From Octopus bimaculoides (Eukaryota): 64,000 nt of DNA. Below, in pieces: positions 50,901 through 63,003 of the stretch. How positions within the stretch are numbered: the first letter of the stretch is position 1; each line of letters begins with the position of its first letter. The notes beneath the pieces were generated by a model. The model saw only the letters and a program-made list of their open reading frames with translations, did not search any database and was not told where the DNA came from. A program made the position numbers and the translations under genes. Location of the stretch: the NCBI RefSeq assembly GCF_001194135.2, contig NC_068991.1, positions 56,255,354 through 56,319,353 of the forward strand, given 5' to 3'.

Positions 50901-52144
50901 CACATCATAATAGTGACAGATCAGGCCAAGTGTCATTATTGTCCCACTGGTAGCATTCGTTACATAATTTCTTTTAGTTAGTCTCAAACATTTCTCTGTT
51001 CCCAGCATTCAAAGACAACGCGAAGGAAACAAAATGAGCCAGGCATGGTTATTGGGTACACCAAGCATTAGAGAAGCTCTGTTCCCAAGTCTGGAAGCTT
51101 TTAATAAACAATGAAAGATAGATTTTCTCATTTTCTAATCACCCTCTTCAATGCCAAGGTATAAGGAAAGAATAGTTATTTACCAAATAATTGTAAAATA
51201 TAAGCATTATAAGCATTATCATACAAGAATTTTCACCTTTCAAATGTCATTCTCGGTAATTCTTTAAATATGCTGAATAGTTTCTTTGCACTAAGATTAC
51301 ATTCTGAAGAAGAGGGTGGGGAGGAGAGGCAAGAGGATGCACATGCTAAAACACGTACGTACACACACACCTACGTGCACACATCTACTACAATTAGATA
51401 CTGAAAACACAAAACACGAGAAGGATTTTCTTTGGGAGGTGTGTTAAACAGATTGTAGAGATAATATATTAATGTTGTGTTGGGGTTTAATTAGAGTAGA
51501 ATCGGGTTAACTGACAAGATGACAGAGACAAGAAATAGAAGAGATAGCAGTGCAGGCAGACAGGCAATGTGGTTAAGGGGCCCAGAGGGAAAGGGACGAT
51601 GTTTATCATTTTGCAATTAACTGCTGAAACTTCTCATGTATTTAGGAGGTGAAGGGGTGGGTAAAAACGGAAAGTGAAAGGGAGAAGATGAAGAAAGTGA
51701 CAGGAAAGAATCAAGAAAAGAAAAGATGAAAAAAATTTTTTAAAAACGGTAAAAAAAAATCAAAAGGAACTAAAGGAAAAAAAAGACAAAAAAAAACCAA
51801 CAAAAATCCCCCACACAAAATGAAAATAGCCTAATGAATTCTTGAGCTGTCAGTCTTTCTATTTCCCGTTTCGCATCTCAAATAAACCATTCACTACTAT
51901 TTCAATAACCAGTGTGATTCCTCTTCAATGAAATACAACAACTCCAGTCTCTCTCTCTCACCTGATTACAGATTCCAGCAGACAAACACACATGCATACA
52001 CACACATGCACAGATGACTCAGTTGCAATCACACTGTGCAACAACTGACAAGAGATGCATAATTACATGCATGAGATTACTTTTCCATTACATTAAAATA
52101 GGTAATATGTCATCATCATCATAATAATTATTTATTAAAAAATA

Positions 52145-52188
<44 letters not shown>

Positions 52189-55100
52189 TTTTAGTTATGT
52201 ATAATATATATTTTCTCATTGCCTCTACAACTGCTTAACATGTAAATATTGATGTTTTCTGAAAGCAAAAACAAACAGCTGTTTGTTTATAAAGATAGTT
52301 TTACTAATGATGTAAATTACAAAGAAAGGAAAAAAAAATGGTTATGATGAACTTATATGACAATAAATACACTCTGCCACTTCAACTCTCAGTGACACAC
52401 ACAAAATAAAATCGTCTCAGCAAAGTGTCAAACGACACCACAAACAATTTCAATAATTAAATATGCTCTTAAGAAATGATATAATACTTACAATTTCTTT
52501 AATTTAACAAATCCTTTGAAATCATCGGGTTGAATATCCATAATTATATTACTCTGTAAATCCCTGAAAATAATAAAAAATTTAAACATATTGAAAGAAA
52601 ATTTATATTATATATATATATATCATATATACACGGAATTATAAAATGTAAATTGTTATATATGAGATTGTTTACAATTATATATCAATATCTATGTAAT
52701 ATAGAAATTCAATAATGGGCCCTTGGACTCATAAGGCTGGTTACCTGGTTTCCACAGCATATGACTGAGATCACAACATTCCCTTGAATGGGGTGCTGGA
52801 TTGTTGCAGGGTTCAAGGCTAGCTTTTTTGAAGGGATGGGAATAGTCAATTACTCTGACCTCAATACTTGGCCCATACTATATGCTGGCCTCAATGTGAT
52901 TTGAACTCAAAACGTAAAGAGCCAGAAGAAATGCCACTAGGCATTTTGTCTGACATGTTAACAATTCTGCCAGCTTGCTACCTTAATAATAATGGTTTCC
53001 AATTTGGCCACAAGGCCAGCAATTTCAGAGTAGAGAATAACTCAATTCAAGGCAGATGATAAGTTGATTACATCAACCTGAGCGCTCAACTGGTACTTAT
53101 TTTATTGGCCCTGAAAGGATGAAAGGTAAAGTCAACTCTGGCAGAATTTGAACTTCAGGACATTAAGACAAATGAAATACAACTAAGAATTTTGCCTGGT
53201 GTGCTAATGATTCTGCCAGCTTGCTACTTTTATCACCTTAATAATAATAGTAACAATAATAATAATGATTTATGCACAAGGATAGCTATTTTGAGCAAAG
53301 GGATAACTTGACTACATTGATCCCACTATTAAACTAGTACTTTATTTTATTGACTCTAGTGGAATGAAAAGCAAAGCTGACCTCAATAGGATTTGAAATC
53401 TAAGCATAAAGAGCAAGGCATTTTTCATAATACTCTTAAGATTCTGCTGATATGTTGTGCTAAACAAATAATGATGATAATAAAGGTTTCAAATTTTGGC
53501 ACAAAGCCAGTAATTTTAGAGGGAGGGGATAAATTAATAATATTGATCCACTATTCAACTGGTACATTTTATCAAAATTGTTAGCCTAGAACTTTACAAC
53601 AGCTTGGTATCCCATTCAGGGTGAATGTCATGATCTTGGGCTCATATGCCATGGAAACTGGGTAACTGGCCTTCTTAGTCCTAGGGCTCAAGGAAAATAA
53701 ATAGAGAGAGAAATAATAAGGATTCTGATTACAAAATTAATTAAACAAGACACAGCTGAGGGAAAGATGCTCAAAGAGAAAAGGAAAATAAATAAAAAAG
53801 ATCAACTCCAAGGAAGAGTAAATGCAACGAAGAAAAAAAAAGTGATAAACGAAGAAGCTAATTTGTTCAAATCACTGAGCTGGAACAAAATTGTTGAGAA
53901 AAACAACACAAGCTTTAGAACTCTGTAATTAACAGTCAGGTTTCTTTTTGAAGGCAAGTTCCCTGTAATCTAGAATGGCAGAATATTGGTAGTTTTACTT
54001 CAGATAATCACAGGTGTTACAGGATAGACTTACACTCAGACCAAACTGGAAGTAGTTGAAATTACATATTTCAGTTTAAGTGACAGCCTTGCTTAAGCTT
54101 ACAATATGTTGGTTATTGGTGTGAAAAACAAGCTTTAAAAGCTAAAGATGGTAACAGGAGATGAGCTCCAATCCTGCTATGCTTAACTACACATTCTTCT
54201 AAGTAAATAAATATCTGCCTTCAGTTCATATTAAACACTAATCACAACTATTTGGTTGATCAATGCCCATATAGCAGTTTACTTTAGTAAATCAGACCAA
54301 CTAGCTTGTGTGTCAATGTTTACTTCACTAATAAATTTTTATACAACAAATGTTCCTGGACATTTTGCCTTGCTTGTTTATTGTTCATCAGCTACAGGTT
54401 GGTATAGATTGGTCAGACCTATGATCCATGGCAATCCAGACATGACCATCCCATCGTTTTAAAAGTTTATAAGATGACACTGTCCATGTGATTTCCTATT
54501 TTTTAAAAGACTGCATAGAGGATGACTTGAGGGGATTTGACAGCTATTTCTAGAAAGTCTAACAATCACATAGAGACTTCCTTTACTTGTTTCACACCAC
54601 TCATTCTATCAAGAGCAGTTATTTGTGAATACATGACCACAGCTGACCAAAGTTTCTTCAACAATCATAGACTTTCAGTAGTCATAATTGGAGGATTAAT
54701 ATATAAAGCCCTATGCTAAATGATTTGCAGAATTTAGTTATGGCTGAGGTCAAATTCCACCAATACCAACGGTTTTGCCTTTCATCTTGTCGCAATCAGT
54801 CAGGTCTGGGGTTATATACTTAATTATTCTTCCACTAATGTTAGAGATCTGTTCTTTAAACTCTTACTTGTTTCTCACATTGAACTTCAGCCATGATGAA
54901 ATAACCATTTTTAAGAATTTAATTGATCATATTAATCCCAGGATTTAGTTTTGGGTCTAGTACTTATGGGCTGGATAGAGTTTACTGAGGTAAATTTTCT
55001 ATGGCTAAATGTGCTTCCTATCGCTAACTCTCACCCGTTTCCAAGCAAGGTATTTCCCCAAGACCAGTCATGCTCTGACAGAATATTGGCACTGCTGGTG

Positions 55101-56622
55101 TGACAGTGACAATCATTTTACAACTAGCATGCTATGTCATGGCAAGCAGACACAAACATTCACACACACACACACACACACACGATATGATGGGTTGCCT
55201 TCAATTCCACCCTACCAAATCTACACACAAGGCTTTGGTTGGCCTTGTCATACATACATACAAATAGGTGCAGGTGTGGTTGTGTGGTAAGAAGCTTGCT
55301 TCCCAACCACATAGTTCTGGGTTCAGTCCCACTGCATGGCACCTTGGACAAGTGTCTCCTACAAGAGCCTTGGGTAGACCAAAGACTTGAGTGGATTTGG
55401 TAGATGGAAAACTGAAAGAAGCCTGTGAATCATTATCATCGTTTAATGTCTGCTTTCCATACAGACATGGGTTGGCCAGTTTGACTGAGGACTGGTAAAC
55501 CAGGAGGCTGCACCAGGCTCCAATCTGATCTGGCAAGGTTTCTACAGCTGGATGCCCTTCCTAACACCAACCACTCAGAGTGTAGTGGGTGCTTTTTACG
55601 TTCCACTAGCACAGGGGCCAGTTAGGCAGCACTGGCACGGACTATATATATACATATGTATCTAGGCATGTCTTTGCATGTCCCTTACCATCACTTGACA
55701 GCTGGTGCCGATGTGTTTGCATCTCTTTAACTTTGGTTCAGGAGCAGAGACTGATAGAATAAATTCCAGGCTTAAAGAAAAAACAAAATAACTGAGGATG
55801 ATTTGTTTGACTAAAAATCCTTCAAGGCAGTGCTCCAGCATGGCCATAGTCTGATGACTGAAACAAGTAAAAGATAAGATATATGGAGACATGACATCTT
55901 CAAGAATGACTGAGAACCCATTTGAAAGTATGGATACCCAGCAAGCAATACACAGCTTGATTCCAATGATAGGAACTGTTCTCCTCGGTCATATTTGTAA
56001 AGATCTTATAATACTCTGCTTAGTCCATTGGAATGTACTACGCAGAGCAGGAGCACACATGAAGACATTAAATGTCGCTGAAGATGTCACAGATGTCTTA
56101 TACTTTATATTTAAAAAAATTAAAAAACCATTTATATTATAGCTAATACACACACACACACACACACACACAAATGTATGTGTATGTGAGAGAAAGAAAA
56201 AGAGAGAGAGGCAGGTTGAACTTGTGCTCATTCAATTCAATACAGTTTATTGTCATTGTATTTTTACTTTTTTTTGTTACAGTTATGTTGGAATTTCAAT
56301 GTAAAGTTACAATAACAAACATTTCAACAGAATATATCTACACCCACCTCTCAATCTTCTACCGACATTCACACACAGCTGTATTTATATATGCACATGT
56401 ATATTTATACACACACAAATCATGGGACCCAAATCATGAAATTATAGGAAATTTATGTGATTATTAGAATTCAGTGTACCCAGTGCAAACAACTGGTGCA
56501 CAAAAAGTACAATGAGATCACAGGTAGGCTCAGAGAAGGATTCTGAATATAGTAGATACTCAGGACTAGTCAGCACCCATAAAATAAATTCTTTTAAAAT
56601 GCTTTAAAAGCATCAGAGCTTG

Positions 56623-56937
56623 CTGTTGGCACTCCATCGCTTATGACGTCAAGGGTTCCAGTTGATCCGATCAACGGAACAGCCTGCTCATGAAATTAAC
56701 GTGCAAGTGGCTGAGCACTCCACAGACACATGTACCCTTAACGTAGTTCTCGGGGATATTCAGCGTGACACAGTGTGACAAGGCTCTTTGAATTACAGGC
56801 ACAACAGAAATAGGAAATAAGAGTGAGAGAAAGTTGTGGTGAAAGAATACAGAAGGGTTCGCCACCATCCCCTGCCGGAGCCTTGTGGAGCTTTAAGTGT
56901 TTTCGCTGCCCTAACCACTAGGCCATTGTGCCTCCAC
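56623..56937 (-). mobile_element. Family C SINE with a 13-bp TSD and an internal microhomology deletion
   Basis: The TSD GCATCAGAGCTTG is at 56610-56622 and 56938-56950. Relative to the 5908 copy it lacks the segment between two TTTCGCT motifs. Confidence 0.85.
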
Positions 56938-57149
56938 GCATCAGAGCTTGTGCCATGTATAAAGCACTGATGCCACATGTAAAGCATCCAATATACTCTG
57001 TAAAGTGGTTGATGTTAGGAAGGGCATCCAGTCATAGAAATCATGCCAAAACAGACAATTGAAGCCTAGTGCAGCTCTCTGGCTTGCCAATTCCTGCCAA
57101 ACCATCCAAGCCATACCAGTATGGAAAACATTATGTAACGATGATGATG

Positions 57150-57330
57150 ATTAGGGGGCTTCCTAGGAGCAGATGATAACTTCTGTTATCTAGTGACCTA
57201 ATTAGTGATGGAGGAGCATCTTCCTATCCTGGTTATGACTGCAGAGCAGAATGCACGACATCTGTGTACAAAGTGTGATGCTGCATGGTGGTGAAACACA
57301 TACTCAAATGCAGAGGCTGAAGCAAAGGGC
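57150..57330 (+). mobile_element. Decayed RTE RT fragment
   Basis: DDNFCYL / DLISDGG ... DICVQSVMLHGGET-like remnants, the same RT region as 44150-44500. Confidence 0.6.
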
Positions 57331-58585
57331 GAAGAAAAGAAACAAGGTGAATCTAGAAAGTCTTGAATAGTGGTGGTTTCTAAAAAGAAAGAAAAAACCT
57401 ATTTTTGAGTTGATATCACATAAGAAAGAGTGAAGATATAATTGAATGCATGAAGTGATGGTGTAAATTTAGATAGATTCCTAATAGATACAATTGTTGA
57501 AAACCATCTCTCTTTTAATAAAGCAAATAAGTAGAAGAGGAAGGAGAAGAAAACCGCTACACTTCAATTTGCTGGTCTAAAAGAAATGTGGTTATTCTAA
57601 AATCGCAGCAAGTTAAGCTATATGTATGACAAGCATAAAGGAACTCATCTTGTATGGTATTGATCAGTAAATCTATATCAGGATCTTGCCATGCTAGTAC
57701 TAGTTATATACACTCAATGGAACAATGAACTGATTACATTCTAGCTGAAGCTTCTAGTATTCCTTGTAATATTAGCTGACCTAGCTAAGTCTACTATAAT
57801 CTTGTTGAGATAGTGCTTTCCCTCTCCTCAAGGAAATGATCTTTAAGTTAGTCATGAGTAGCTTTACTATGTGTGTAATACATACTTATGCAGTCAAATT
57901 ACAAGTTTTCTAAAAACAATTTTTCTATAAGAAAAGTACAAACAATAAATAAACGTCTAGAAATTATCCACTCATACAATAACTGTGGGAAGCAAATGTA
58001 AATATATTTAAGAAAATTCTTAAATTGCAGTATTGTAGAAAATGATAGGCTATGCATTATGATTATATTCTCCACTCCTTCATTATGAAAACAACCTTGT
58101 GCCAAGAGAAAGAAGAAAAAACATTACACACACACACATATATACATACATGTGTGTGTGCACATATATATGTGTGTGTATGTATAATCAAAAGTATTAG
58201 ATAGAGGATTTGGTAAAGACATCAAAATGCTAGATTGGATCAAGTGGTTTAGCTTAATGCATCACTATTCTTCTTGAGTTCAAAACTCACGAGTTGACAA
58301 GATAAATCAATACCAGTAATATGCTGCAGCCAATTCAATCAACTGTAGCTTTTCTGCTCAACAAAAAAACTTTCATCCCTGAACCAAAAGAAATCAAAAT
58401 CATCAAAGCCTCTACAACGATTAATTATTTTCCACAGATCCCATGATTTACAATAGCTGCTTTCTGCAACTAATATATTCCAACCCTAACCCCACCCCAT
58501 TTACCAGGCTATATACAGTATATTTGTGGCAATCCTGCAGTCTTAACTAATTTCTTTCGGAAATTTACTTTATCAATATCCACAG

Positions 58586-58612
58586 CCTTTATTGAGTGGT
58601 GTTGTAAATTTG
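58586..58612 (+). CDS. 27-nt symmetric phase-1 microexon (A-FIEWCCKF)
   Basis: Branch-like CTAAT near 58547, acceptor TTTATCAATATCCACAG|, consensus donor TTTG|GTAAGT. In frame with the 7174 and 46575 donors and with the 61390 acceptor. Confidence 0.55.
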
Positions 58613-58772
58613 GTAAGTTTTGTAATACTTCTTGACACAACAAACAGTAGAATACAAGTTAAAAAAGATCTGTGACCCAGCACAGTGTTTCTTCTGTATT
58701 TTTTTATTTTTTTTTATTTTGTCAGCTTTTCTTTAATTTTACTGTAATGTCTCATTTTAATATATCAAATTA

Positions 58773-58821
58773 AGTTTTGCTGAAGATTCCTAAAAAGGAT
58801 GAAATAGTACCATACATGGCT
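58773..58821 (+). ncRNA. Possible decayed minimal hammerhead motif
   Basis: agttttg-CTGAAGA-t-TCCT-aaaa-AGGA-t-GAAA-TAGTACCA-TA-catggct. Core intact, near-palindromic helix III, weak helix I. Confidence 0.35.
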
Positions 58822-60889
58822 ACAACTAACTAAAAATTGTAAGAATTTTGCCACAGATAAAAATAAAAAAATAAAAATTAGATATAAAGCCAATTTATAA
58901 AAAAAAACAAAGATGAAGATAGGTGTAGGAACAACAAGCAAGTGTATCAGTTTGACACTCGCGGGGGGGGAGCGGAAAAGTCTTAAGTTTTGAGCCTATG
59001 CTCTTTGACAGAAAGGAATAAGAGGAAATAAATAGAGAGAGAATGAAAAAAACGTGTTGAGTTCAGTGATCCAACATGGTGAATGAGAGGGAGATATAAT
59101 AATGAGAGGCTGAATGAAGAGGAGATAATTCATGGTGATCCCAACAAGAGGAGGTGCACAAGTGTGTGTGTATGTGAAAATGGTGTGCAAGTGTGTAAAT
59201 GTGAATGGGGATGAGTGAGTTTGACATGTGTGTGCGTGTGTGTGTAGCAGTTGAGTGCGCACATGTATATGTGAATTCTTTGTATCCTTTTCATATACCT
59301 CGATTATAAATTAAAATTTCTAATCCCATCTCACGCTGTGAGGAGGTAGTTATTAACAGACATCCAGAGGGTACCAAGCATGTATTATTTTTTTTTAATG
59401 AGATTTATATCATCTGAAACACACTCCCCACATATAAAGGGGGGGGAAAAAAAACAGCTGACTGGATTTATCCTGGTTTTAGAATAGGTACACCATGCCC
59501 ATTCATGTCTTATAAATTGTGCGTATAAAAGGGTTGGAGACAGGAACAACATCCAACCATAAAAACACTGACTCAGTAAGCACATTCAACCCATGCCAGC
59601 ATAGGAAAAAACAAACATAAAATGATGATGATGAGTTTGTGATTGCTTGATGATGGTCATCATCAACATTTAATGCCCACATTTCATGCTTGCATGGGAC
59701 AGACGGAGTTTATCAAGGCAGATATTCTACAGCCAGATGCCCTTCCTGTTATCAAACCCCACTTGTTTCCAAGCAAGGTAACATATCCCCATGGCCAGAT
59801 AAGGTTTTCACAGAAGACTGGAAACAACCTTACTTGTATGATGATGATGCTCAGTTACAGCCACCGTGTGATATGGGTACACACACTCACATGATAGGCT
59901 TCTTTTAGTTTCTGCCTACGAAATCCACTCACACAGCTTTGGTTGGCCTGAAGCTATGGTAGAAGTCACTAACCCAAGACGCTGTGTAGTGGGACTGAAC
60001 ACAAGGCCAAATGGTTAGGAAGCAAGCTTCTTAACCACACAGCTAAGCTTTTACACAATGACAAAAAAATTTAATGCAAAGAATTGATAACTCTGCAACA
60101 AAAAAATTTCATAAAGTTACTACTGAAGCTTAGGATACAGTAGTGATTAACAGATAAGAGAGAATCTTCTGGATACAACACCGGTCTTAGGCAGCTAACT
60201 CACTAACAGTATATAATAGCATTGCTGTTTCATGAGAATGGTACCATATAGAACGAAATGCCTGTACCAAGTATGAACTCATGACTGCAGTAAGCTGGAA
60301 TCTAACACCTCAGCAATTTCACCCCAACAACAATCGCTTTATTTATTTACATACAATTACAACTAACGAGTAATAATATATACTAAACAAAAGAAAATAA
60401 CAAATAATAACGATCCAATGATACAAATTAGTAGCAATTAAATGAAACTAATGAGGGGTAATATAAATTATACTAAATTACTACCGAATGATAATATGAA
60501 GTGTGTATAATTGTTTTTCCTAGTCAACATTTGGCATTCACAATAGTAACAATCTGAGATATGCTGATGATATATATTACACATTAAAAAAAGTTCTTTT
60601 CTCACAACATAATAGAAATATAATTGAACTAAACAAATATTCATACTATGAGGTTAGGAAAATGACATCCAGAGTTGAACAGCATTCAACTTGGAAAAAG
60701 CTTTATTAAAATGAAATTAGTTCCAAAATGAAAAGTCTACTGACATTGTACTAAAAAAAAAAGTTAATATTTACTGTTAAAATATAATTAATGCATATGC
60801 CAAATAAAATGCAATTGTGCTGGTGCCATGTAAAAAGCACCCAGTACACTCCGTAAAGTGGTTGGCCTAAGGAAGGGTGTTAGGAGTTT

Positions 60890-61169
60890 GTGAGAGAGAG
60901 AGAGGTATGGATTAGTTAAGTAGAAATGGAATGTTACAAATGCATGTAAGAGTTATTGTTTGGGCAAAAAGAACTGAGCGTCAATACCTGGTTGTAACTA
61001 TCTCAAGCCCTAGGACTCACAGTGCTGGCCATCCAGTTTCCATGGATCTCATTCCAGTGAATGAGATCATATTTCCCTTGAACGGAATGCCAGTCCACTG
61101 CAGAGTTATTCATTTACAGCTGAGTAAACTGGAGCAAAATGAAATGAAAATTTTGCACACAAGAACACA
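60890..61169 (+). repeat. Local about 270-bp duplicate of 63516-63785, inserted inside a family E retroposon
   Basis: About 11 substitutions over about 255 aligned nt. The host motif ggaagggtgt|...|ttcagctgtagaaacc is split around it. Confidence 0.85.
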
Positions 61170-61389
61170 TTTCAGCTGTAGAAACCATGCCAAATCAGAC
61201 AATGGAACCTGGTGCAGCTCCAATGTATGTTAGCATGGAAAACTGACATTAAGTGAGGATGATGCTGATGATATACAAGAAGAATATATAGGCCCTTCAC
61301 TACCAGTATATTGGGGGCTGTGAAAGATTCAGGTTCTGGTAATGCTACTGGGGAAAAATGTCTTAAACCACTACAGCATATTATTTTAG

Positions 61390-61457
61390 ATCCTCTGACT
61401 GAAAACTTGGGGCCTTATTACTATAACAACCTATCTGAAACCACTCTTCGTCTTAAG
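61390..61457 (+). CDS. 68-nt coding exon (phase 1 to 0; D-PLTENLGPYYYNNLSETTLRLK), product unrecognised
   Basis: CATATTATTTTAG| acceptor and AAG|GTACGA donor. Open, non-repetitive, protein-like, and phase-compatible with the upstream candidates. Confidence 0.6.
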
Positions 61458-62958
61458 GTACGATCTTCCAGTTTTAAAAAGATCTTAGTTAAAACCTTCC
61501 ATCAAAATTGCATGTTAATTTATGTTGCAAACATCAACTTAATAATGACAAAATGATTTTACTTAATTCTCCATTATTTTCAAAATTAATTGAAACAAAA
61601 GCAGTGTATTTCAAAAGAAATATGGTAACAATAGTGTTATAACATCATTATTTCAAAAAAACAAAAAACAACAGGCCAGACTGGATGGACAAAACTGTGC
61701 CTAACTAAAGATGTCCATAATTTTTCTTTTTGTTGAATAATTTTCATATTCAATATATATATAAAACCAGCCACCATTTCTAGTTCACAGTTTGTCTTTT
61801 TTAATATTTGTTTCTTTTTAGCCTGTTGTAACCTTATCCAATAATGGTACTCACTCACTTTAAACAGCTGAGTGGACTGGAGCAATGTGAAATAAGGTGT
61901 TTCACTCAAGGACACAATGTGCCACCGGGAACCAAATTCATGACCTTACGATCATAAGCTGAATACCCTAACCATTGAGCTACATGCCTTTACCAAGTAA
62001 GATTAAAACTTATGGCTGACAAATTAGTTGTCTAACAACTTCACCACAGAGCCAGTTTGGTTGGCTGGTATAAAACCGAGGGGATTATTATAGTTGATAT
62101 TCGATCAAGACCGTTTCTATAAAACTACTCCATTAAGTCATGTAAGCACAGCAAAAGAGATAAGGACTTAATGATGATGATCTTTAATGCATTTATTATT
62201 GGCAAGATACAAGTGACAAGGTTGTATTATACCTAATTAAAATACAAAAGGTCTCAAAATATTTCTTGCAATGAGAAATGCAAATATAATCAGGAATGAC
62301 AGAGCCAAACTGAAAAGCAAACAACTAAACTTGAAAAAGAGAGAAGAGATGGGGGAAGAGGAATCATTTTCTTCTATTGTTTTAGGGAGAGGGAAAAATA
62401 AAAATGCAAACCGCATTATTTAGTAGAATGTAATTCAGCTAAATATATGAAATAGATAAATTAAAAAAGAACAATTTACAAAACTAAAACAAAAGCCAAC
62501 AACTGACATCACAGCAACAGTTTCATGTTGATTTAATAAACAATAAAAGATAGAGGGAAGATAGAAAAAAAAGAAAAAAAGAAAAATTGATAAGCTATGT
62601 CAAAAAAATACGGCTACCTTGAACCAGTGGATGTTGCCATTAAGCAAAGTGCAGAGGAAGAGTTTTAGATAAACTGCTATATTTATAGTTAACCCATTTC
62701 ATTTATATTTGTCTCCCTATAATCAATAGCCAGATTGCAAAAGAGGGTGAATGAACAGTGTGTTACAACAGTGAACATTTCTCATTATTGACTGGAAAGG
62801 CAGATTTGTAACTGTTCCATTTGTAAAACCACAAGTAACAGTGCTTGTTGAACGACTGGCAAGCTATTGTAGTACTGTTTTATTTTATTTTATATATTGG
62901 CTTGATTGTGAGACAACAAAGGGAAATAATACAGCTGACCAATTTATATTTCTTACAG

Positions 62959-63003
62959 GCGAACTCTTCAACAGAAACACTAGCAGCAGCAGTCCCCTTC
63001 CAG
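62959..63003 (+). CDS. Candidate next exon (phase 0: ANSSTETLAAAVPFQ); 3' boundary uncertain
   Basis: Very good branch point and acceptor (GCTGACCAATTTATATTTCTTACAG|). The only nearby donor is non-canonical CAG|GCAATG. Confidence 0.3.

Noticed and set aside
51860-51935. TTGAAGA...GCGAAA on the minus strand
   Set aside because: Helices II and III do not pair.
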